A stretch of 64,000 nucleotides of DNA from Planctomycetota bacterium (GTDB lineage: Bacteria > Planctomycetota > UBA8108 > SXIK01), in assembly GCA_965223845.1 (NCBI GenBank), contig CBDCXR010000004.1:4352001-4416000 (forward strand), written 5' to 3'. The position numbers and the translations under genes were made by a program. The notes beneath the pieces are model-generated. The model searched no databases and was not told the DNA's origin. It saw only the letters and a program-made list of their open reading frames with translations. Below are positions 57,569-64,000 of the stretch, one piece after another. The first letter of the stretch is position 1. The number at the start of each line of letters is the position of its first letter.

Positions 57569-58884
57569 GAATCGCGTTTCTGAAGATCGTCCGCACGGGA
57601 CTGAAGAGCCTGATGCTTCAGAAGCTGCGCGCCGGTCTCGCGGCGCTCGGCATCTTCGTGGGAACGACGACGGTGATCTGGCTCGTCGCGATGGGCGAAG
57701 GTGTGAGCTACCAGGCCGAGCAACAGATCCTCGAGCTCGGAGCCACGAGCGTGATCGTGCGCACCAAGGAGCCGACGGAGCCGGGAGACGCACAGAACGC
57801 GACGACGAGGATCAAGAGATACGGACTCTTGCGTGCCGATTACGATCGCCTCGTTTCGAATATTCCGAGCATCGAACGCGCCGTGCCGATGCGCGAGGTG
57901 AGATTCGAGCTCCGCTTCAGCAATCGAACCGTCGACGCCAAGCTCGTCGGATGCCTCGAGGAGTACCTTCAACTCAATCGCCTCGAGATCGCACGCGGCC
58001 GGTGGCTCACTCCACGCGACCGAGGCGAAAAGGTCGTCGTGCTGGGACACGACACGGCGAAGCGTCTCTTTCCGTACGAGAACCCGGTCGGACGTGCCAT
58101 CTGGGTCGGAAGCGAGTTTTATGTCGTCGTCGGTCAGACGAAGGCGCGCATGGCGTCTGCGGCGATCGGCGGAAGCCTCGACTCGCGCGACTACAATCTC
58201 GACGCCTACATTCCCCTCAAGACACTCGAGCGCTGGATTGGCGACCGAGTCATCCGCCGCGTTCCGGGCGGCGGTGTGCAGGGCGAGATCGTAGAGCTGA
58301 GTCAGATCACCGTGAGCGTCGATCAGTTCGATCGAGTCGACGAAACCGCCGCGATCATCGAGAATCTGCTCGAGCGCTACCACGACCAGGAAGACTGGGC
58401 GGTGGTCGTTCCGAAGGAACTCCTCAGCCAGGCGAAGCGAACGCGGGCGATGTTCAACGTACTCCTCGTCGTCATCGCATCCATATCGCTCCTCGTCGGT
58501 GGAATCGGAATCATGAACATCATGCTCGCTACGGTCACCGAACGGACGCGAGAGATTGGCGTTCGCCGCGCACTCGGCGCGCGAAAGCGCGACATCGTCG
58601 AGCAGTTCCTCACGGAAACGCTCGTGCTCACGGCGAGCGGCGGAGTCCTGGGCGTTCTCTTCGGTCTCCTCTGCGGACCGCTGTTCCGCGCGCTCCGCGC
58701 GGGAGTCACGGCGATCTGGGGTGATCTCCTGCCGCCGATCGTGTACACCCTCGAGCCGCGCATCGCACCGTGGTCGGTCGTCCTCTCCGTGTTGATCTCA
58801 CTCGGCGTCGGCCTAATCTTCGGCGTGTACCCGGCGCGGAAAGCCGCGGATCTGAATCCGATCGAGGCGCTTCGTCACGAGTGA
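57565..58884 (+). CDS. MacB-like ABC transporter permease (no ATPase domain)
   Basis: SLLVGGIGIMNIMLATVTERTREIGVRRALGA; PARKAADLNPIEALRHE. Confidence 0.93.
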   Translation: MRIAFLKIVRTGLKSLMLQKLRAGLAALGIFVGTTTVIWLVAMGEGVSYQAEQQILELGATSVIVRTKEPTEPGDAQNATTRIKRYGLLRADYDRLVSNIPSIERAVPMREVRFELRFSNRTVDAKLVGCLEEYLQLNRLEIARGRWLTPRDRGEKVVVLGHDTAKRLFPYENPVGRAIWVGSEFYVVVGQTKARMASAAIGGSLDSRDYNLDAYIPLKTLERWIGDRVIRRVPGGGVQGEIVELSQITVSVDQFDRVDETAAIIENLLERYHDQEDWAVVVPKELLSQAKRTRAMFNVLLVVIASISLLVGGIGIMNIMLATVTERTREIGVRRALGARKRDIVEQFLTETLVLTASGGVLGVLFGLLCGPLFRALRAGVTAIWGDLLPPIVYTLEPRIAPWSVVLSVLISLGVGLIFGVYPARKAADLNPIEALRHE

Positions 58885-59005
58885 TCCATTTCTCATTTCG
58901 GCGATCAACGCCCGCGACTCAATGCGAATGCAGATCGTGTCACTTTCCGTGGACTCGACTGCGCGGGCATGGCAGGCTGGAATGAACCTGGATTGAGAAT
59001 CGGCG

Positions 59006-60007
59006 ATGACCAAACGGAAGGACCGCTCTCGCTCGAGAATCCGTCGCCTACCGAGTGGCGACGTTCTTCTCGCGACATGCGCTAGTGCGGCCTGGTGCCT
59101 TTCGCTTTCGGGTCTCGCGCTCGCACAAGAGGACCCCTGTCCCGACGCGAGAGCCCTCGCTTATTTTTCTCTCGACGCAGCCCCCTCCGCTTCAAGCTTG
59201 CGCGAAGGGATCCCGCCCCTAGCCGGGGACGATGTGCCGACGCGAGTCATCTCGACGTCGGAATCGATCGATCTATACGGAAAGCTCTCGCTCGATCTGT
59301 CGGGAGTCGTCGGGTGGAACACGTCCTTCGACGTTCGCGGCGCCGAAATCCTCGGCCTAACCCACGACGGCACGCTCGCCGCTGAGGCCTCCGCGGATCC
59401 GCCAGGACTTCGGCACGAAGGCTTCGCCCAGATCCGGGAGTTCGGCGAGCGGGACGGCTTCGAGCAAGGGATCACTAGCGTCGTCGTTCTGTCGTTTTCG
59501 CACCCCGTCACCCTCCCGCCGGAAGGTACGTTTTCCGTTCTCCACATGACGCTCTTCGGAAAGCTAGGCTCTTCCGCGCGGATTCTGTTCATCGAGGACG
59601 TGTTCGAGAGACGATTCCGTGCCCCTGACGGTCGCGCTGGCGCCGCCCCTTGGGGCGGCACAACGGTATCACGCGCAGACGGATCGATCGTTTCGGTTTG
59701 TCCCCTCTCCCTCGCGGTCGAGTTTGAGAATCGCCCCGTGTTCCTTCGTTGTGATCCGAATCTAGACGGCCGACTTCATGTCGCCGACGCCGTGTTCGTC
59801 TTGAACGACCTGTTCGGACAGCTCGACGCGCCGTGCGACGCCGCAACAGATTGCAATGGAGACGGGAGGCGCGACATCTCGGATGCGGTCTTCGCTCTCG
59901 TCCACTTGTTCGCCGAGGGACCTCCACCGCCGACCCCCTATCCCGAATGCGCCGCCAGTCGCTCTCCCTTCGCTTGCCCTAGGCGGTCTACGGCGTGCCC
60001 GGAGTAG
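59006..60007 (+). CDS. Secreted protein with a C-terminal dockerin-like domain
   Basis: Signal peptide; FLRCDPNLDGRLHVADAV...DCNGDGRRDISDAVF...PPPPTPYPEC. Confidence 0.75.
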   Translation: MTKRKDRSRSRIRRLPSGDVLLATCASAAWCLSLSGLALAQEDPCPDARALAYFSLDAAPSASSLREGIPPLAGDDVPTRVISTSESIDLYGKLSLDLSGVVGWNTSFDVRGAEILGLTHDGTLAAEASADPPGLRHEGFAQIREFGERDGFEQGITSVVVLSFSHPVTLPPEGTFSVLHMTLFGKLGSSARILFIEDVFERRFRAPDGRAGAAPWGGTTVSRADGSIVSVCPLSLAVEFENRPVFLRCDPNLDGRLHVADAVFVLNDLFGQLDAPCDAATDCNGDGRRDISDAVFALVHLFAEGPPPPTPYPECAASRSPFACPRRSTACPE

Positions 60008-60111
60008 CGCCGGTCTCGGCCGCAGTTTTCGAACTCCGAGCTCCTCTAGATTGAGCGGCCTCTGCGGCGGAAGAGCGTTCTCGAGAGCATGTTCGCCGGG
60101 CGCAACTCGAT

Positions 60112-60945
60112 CTAAACCTCGGCGACGATCATGTTCGAAACCATACGCCCGATCGTGGTTCCGTCTTCGCTCAGCTCTCTCGTTGCAGTGACGAGCGCCG
60201 ACCGAAAGCGCGCCTGCTGATCGTCTGAAAGCGCGTGGATCTGGGGGCCGATCGGTGTTGCGCAGGCCACTTCGATCGTATGCTCCGGTCCGCCGGGAAC
60301 GACGAGATCCTGAGTCTGCGACCGAGCCTCGACGCGTGCGAATCCAGCCGACTCGAAATGAGAACGGAGCTCAGGCGCGGGCATGTGGTCGAAAGGAATG
60401 CGCATCGCCTCAGCGATCTCTGGTTCGTCGATCGATTCGAGCGCCCGACAAATCGCGCCAAAGAATTCGCATTCCTCCACCGGCCTCCATGTCGTCACGA
60501 TCGCCTCCCCCCCCTCACTCAGGACTCGCCGGATCTCCCGCGCCGCCGCCCCGCGATCGGGAAAGAACTGAAAGCCCTGCTGGCACACGACGGCATCGAC
60601 CGCATCGTCCGGAAGATCGAGCGGATGCGCCGGAGACTCGACGAAGTGCACCGGGGCGGTCGCGGTAGCACAGCGCTGCTTCGCGATCGACAGCATTTCG
60701 GCGTTGATGTCCGCTGCGATCACCCTCCCCTCCGCGCCAACTCGATCGGCGAGAAGGCGGGCGACCACACCCGTTCCGGTCGCGAGATCGAGAACGACTC
60801 GACCGTTCCACTCCCCGTGTTCTTCGATCAGTCGCTCGGCCCACGGGCGAAAGAGGACCGGCACGAGAACGTCGTCGTAGGCGGAAGCCACCGTTGCACG
60901 GCCAAAATCGAACTCTGGTGAATCGATCATCTCTCCCTCGCTCAT
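60112..60945 (-). CDS. Class I SAM-dependent methyltransferase (UbiE-like)
   Basis: VLDLATGTG, DINAEML, VCQQGFQFFPD, EIRRVL. Confidence 0.9.
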   Translation of the reverse strand: MSEGEMIDSPEFDFGRATVASAYDDVLVPVLFRPWAERLIEEHGEWNGRVVLDLATGTGVVARLLADRVGAEGRVIAADINAEMLSIAKQRCATATAPVHFVESPAHPLDLPDDAVDAVVCQQGFQFFPDRGAAAREIRRVLSEGGEAIVTTWRPVEECEFFGAICRALESIDEPEIAEAMRIPFDHMPAPELRSHFESAGFARVEARSQTQDLVVPGGPEHTIEVACATPIGPQIHALSDDQQARFRSALVTATRELSEDGTTIGRMVSNMIVAEV

Positions 60946-61164
60946 CCGTCCGTGCGCCGTCGAGCCGTCCCGTGCCCGAATCCGCATGCTACTCGTCTAA
61001 CTGCGAAATCCGGCGAAACGGGACGGATATTCTCTCAGAATCGATCATTCTCGGATCCGCATCGTCGACGGTTTGGAGAGCTGACTCGAGCTCTATCCTC
61101 CGGCATCATGGATCTCCGCCCTGATCGGGGCCGACCTCTTCATCGAAACAGCGGGAGAAAGCCG

Positions 61165-62493
61165 ATGCGAATCCATAGTCTTACGCTCGCCCTCGCGGTG
61201 ATGCTCACGAACGCACCTCGAGCGCAGGACGGGGACGCGCTCCGCAACGCTATCGCGAGCGATTACGAGAGCCACCTCTCCGCGCTCTTCGATCACTTTC
61301 ACCGCAACCCCGAGCTCTCGCTCGTCGAGCACAAGACCGCGGCCCGCCTCGCCAAGGAGCTGAGAGCGGCAGGATACGAAGTCACCGAGGGCGTCGGCGG
61401 AACGGGGGTCGTCGCTCTCCTGAAGAACGGCGCCGGTCCCCTCGTCATGATGCGCGCGGACATGGACGGACTTCCCGTGGAAGAGAAGTCGGGACTCCCG
61501 AATGCGTCGAAGGCGGCGCAGAAGAGTCCCATCACCGGCAACGTGGTTCCCGTCATGCACGCCTGCGGCCACGACGTTCACATGACGGCGCTCGTCGGAA
61601 CGGCTCGGCGAATGGCCGCACTCCGCGGCGAGTGGTCTGGAACCCTGATGCTCATCGGCCAACCGGCCGAGGAGCGCGTCCTCGGGGCGAAGGCGATGAA
61701 AGAGGACGGCCTCTGGCGGCGATTCGGGACGCCGAACTACGCCCTCGCGTTTCACGTTTCGGCGCGGCGCGAAGCGGGAAAGCTCTTCGTCTCCGAGAGC
61801 GCGGCGTACGCCGGGTCAGACAGCGTCGACATTACGATTCACGGCGTCGGCGCGCACGGCGCGTCACCCCACCGAGGTAAGGATCCAATCGTACTCGGCG
61901 CTCAAATCGTACTCGCCCTCCAGACGCTCGTCGCTCGCGAGCTGCCGCCGCGAGATCCCGGGGTCGTTACCGTCGGATCGTTCCACGCCGGCACGAAGCA
62001 CAATATCATCTCCGATCGAGCCAAGCTTCAGCTCACGGTGCGAAACACGAGCAAAGAGACGCGCACGCTCCTCCTCAACGGAATCCGCCGCATCGCAGAG
62101 AACATGGGCCGCGTCGCCGGCCTCCCCGACGACAAGCTCCCCGAGGTCAAGCTGAAGGAGTCGACTCCTCCGACGGTGAACGACACTGAGCTTGCGCGAC
62201 GCCTGAAGCGCGTGTGGATCGACAAGATGGGACCGGACGCCCTGCTCGATCAGAGCGGGAAAGGAATGGGCGCGGAGGATTTCTCCTACTTCACGACGGA
62301 ACCGCCCGTTCCGAGCGTCTACTTTCAGGTCGGGGGAACGCCGAAGGCGGACATGGAACGCGAGAAGAACGGCGGTCCGCCCGTCGCATCGCACCACTCG
62401 CCGCTCTTCAAGGTCGCGCCGGAGCCGTCGGTGACGCGTGGAGTCGAAGCGACGGTGTGGGCGCTCCTCGAGCTGCTCGGGCGGCACGAGTAA
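61165..62493 (+). CDS. M20D family amidohydrolase, secreted
   Basis: HRNPELS, RADMDGLP, MHACGHDVH, QPAEE, GAHGASPH, GAEDF, HHSP; signal peptide. Confidence 0.93.
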   Translation: MRIHSLTLALAVMLTNAPRAQDGDALRNAIASDYESHLSALFDHFHRNPELSLVEHKTAARLAKELRAAGYEVTEGVGGTGVVALLKNGAGPLVMMRADMDGLPVEEKSGLPNASKAAQKSPITGNVVPVMHACGHDVHMTALVGTARRMAALRGEWSGTLMLIGQPAEERVLGAKAMKEDGLWRRFGTPNYALAFHVSARREAGKLFVSESAAYAGSDSVDITIHGVGAHGASPHRGKDPIVLGAQIVLALQTLVARELPPRDPGVVTVGSFHAGTKHNIISDRAKLQLTVRNTSKETRTLLLNGIRRIAENMGRVAGLPDDKLPEVKLKESTPPTVNDTELARRLKRVWIDKMGPDALLDQSGKGMGAEDFSYFTTEPPVPSVYFQVGGTPKADMEREKNGGPPVASHHSPLFKVAPEPSVTRGVEATVWALLELLGRHE

Positions 62494-62506
62494 CCCGGAT
62501 CGCACG

Positions 62507-63517
62507 ATGCTGACGATCGATGGCTCGTACGGCGAAGGCGGGGGGCAGATTCTCCGCTCCTCGCTCGCGCTCTCCATGCTGACTCGGACGCCGATCCGGA
62601 TCGAGAACATCCGGGCCAATCGCCGGAAGCCCGGGCTCAAGCGACAGCACCTCGCGGCCGTGCGAGCGGCGGCGGCCGTCTCGGCGGCGGAAGTCGTCGG
62701 CGACGAGATCGAGTCGCGCGAGCTCACGTTTTCGCCGGCTGAGATTCGCGGCGGAGACTACACGTTCCGCATCGGGACCGCCGGCAGCACGACGCTCGTT
62801 CTCCAGACCGTTCTCCCGGCACTCGTCCTCGCCGATCGGCCGAGCCGCATCGTTCTCGAAGGCGGGACGCACAATCCGATGGCGCCGCCGTTCGACTTTC
62901 TCGCGAAGGCGTTCCTTCCTCTACTTCGCCGGATGGGACCGAGAGTCGACGTCGAGCTCGAACGCCCCGGCTTCTTTCCGGCGGGGGGCGGACGGTTCAC
63001 CGCGCGTATCGAGCCCGTCGACAAGCTCGAAGCGATCGACCTCCACACTCGCGGCAAAACGATCCGCCGGGCGGCTCGGGCCGTCGTCGCGAACCTCCCG
63101 CGGCAGATCGCCGAGCGCGAGCTTCGCGCCATTCAGAAGAAGCTGAGCTGGCGTTCGCAAGAACTCCACGTCGAAGAGACGACGGCGGATTCTCCCGGAA
63201 ACATCGTCCTCCTCGAAGTCGAAAGCGAAGAGGTGTGCGAAGTATTCACGAGTATCGGCGAGGTGCGCCGGTCCGCGGAGAGCGTCGCGAACGCCGCCGC
63301 TCGGGACTGCCGGCGGTATCTCGAGCGCGAAGAACCCGTCGGCGAATACCTCACCGATCAGCTCATTCTTCCCCTCGCGCTCGCTCGCACCGGCTCGTTC
63401 CTCTCGACGGGGCTCTCGTCCCATGCGACGACGCACATCGATCTCGTGCGGCGGTTTCTCGATGTTCGCGTGGAGACGGAGCGACGCGGCGACGGCGTTC
63501 TCGTCGAAATGTCCTGA
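62507..63517 (+). CDS. rtcA: RNA 3'-terminal phosphate cyclase
   Basis: IDGSYGEGGGQILR, KPGLKRQHL, TAGSTTLVLQT, GFFPAGGG, EYLTDQL, catalytic His in SSHATT. Confidence 0.95.
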   Translation: MLTIDGSYGEGGGQILRSSLALSMLTRTPIRIENIRANRRKPGLKRQHLAAVRAAAAVSAAEVVGDEIESRELTFSPAEIRGGDYTFRIGTAGSTTLVLQTVLPALVLADRPSRIVLEGGTHNPMAPPFDFLAKAFLPLLRRMGPRVDVELERPGFFPAGGGRFTARIEPVDKLEAIDLHTRGKTIRRAARAVVANLPRQIAERELRAIQKKLSWRSQELHVEETTADSPGNIVLLEVESEEVCEVFTSIGEVRRSAESVANAAARDCRRYLEREEPVGEYLTDQLILPLALARTGSFLSTGLSSHATTHIDLVRRFLDVRVETERRGDGVLVEMS

Positions 63518-63554
63518 CGAGCACGCCGTCGTCACCTCGACGCCCGGGAGACAA

Positions 63555-64000
63555 TCAGTTCGCAGTGCCCGTGTCGGCGTTCGTATCCGCACCGCGCTGG
63601 AGTGAGACGCGCGCGCGAACGCCTTGCTCTTCGAACGTGATGCCGAAATCGCCCGAGCGATACGCGCGAAGCGGCCAGGGCACGTCACCGGCACTCTTCG
63701 GTTCACCCGGATGTCCGTACGCGGTCGACTCCATCGTTCCGTACTTCGCGTTCCACTGATACCGCCCACCGCCGGGGCAGACCAGTCGAACGCCCCAGAG
63801 TCGTTCGTGGAGAGCGACAGGATCTTCGTTCGGATAGAGCCGCTTCCACTCGTTCAAAATCGGCAGACTGGACCACGAGCGCATGCGGAGAACGTTTTGA
63901 TACTCGTTTCGCGACAAGGCCTCGACCATGCGTGCGGCTCCCTGCGAAGCGCGGAGCGCGAGGCTCTCGCCGAGCCACGGCTCGGCGGGAGTCGTCGGTT
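63555..64000 (-). CDS. Partial (5' end outside window) hypothetical protein, C-terminal part
   Basis: Frame open to the window edge; LVCPGGGRYQWN..TMESTAYGHPG; converges on rtcA. Confidence 0.65.
   Translation of the reverse strand, partial: PTTPAEPWLGESLALRASQGAARMVEALSRNEYQNVLRMRSWSSLPILNEWKRLYPNEDPVALHERLWGVRLVCPGGGRYQWNAKYGTMESTAYGHPGEPKSAGDVPWPLRAYRSGDFGITFEEQGVRARVSLQRGADTNADTGTAN

Noticed and set aside
1-64000. Genome-wide UGA reassignment (genetic code 4 or 25) as the explanation for the in-frame TGAs
   Set aside because: Many genes end at TGA at natural C-termini (for example 19505, 30297, 58884, 63517), so UGA is normally a stop.

Overview
GC-rich, gene-dense bacterial DNA, most likely from a Planctomycetota genome (two DUF1501 + DUF1549/DUF1553 planctomycete cytochrome pairs, dockerin-like tails, an ECF sigma + Ser/Thr kinase pair). 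It holds about 36 CDSs, mostly secreted or envelope proteins. I saw no rRNA, tRNA, CRISPR array or transposase. Main observations: (1) Two genes that the ORF track splits are each a single reading frame interrupted by one in-frame TGA, followed by a hairpin with an apical GUG, i.e. candidate selenoproteins. One is a thioredoxin-like CxU protein (23006-24103, minus strand). The other is an FG-GAP/ASPIC-UnbV lipoprotein with a C-terminal CxxC thioredoxin domain (41513-44455, plus strand). (2) A cytoplasmic M4-like zinc protease sits next to an insertion-bearing ComEC-type MBL hydrolase, a possible protease-activated nuclease module. (3) A 192-bp MITE-like element with CTAG ends appears to have replaced the 3' end of a gene. 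All family calls come from reading motifs by eye, not from database searches.
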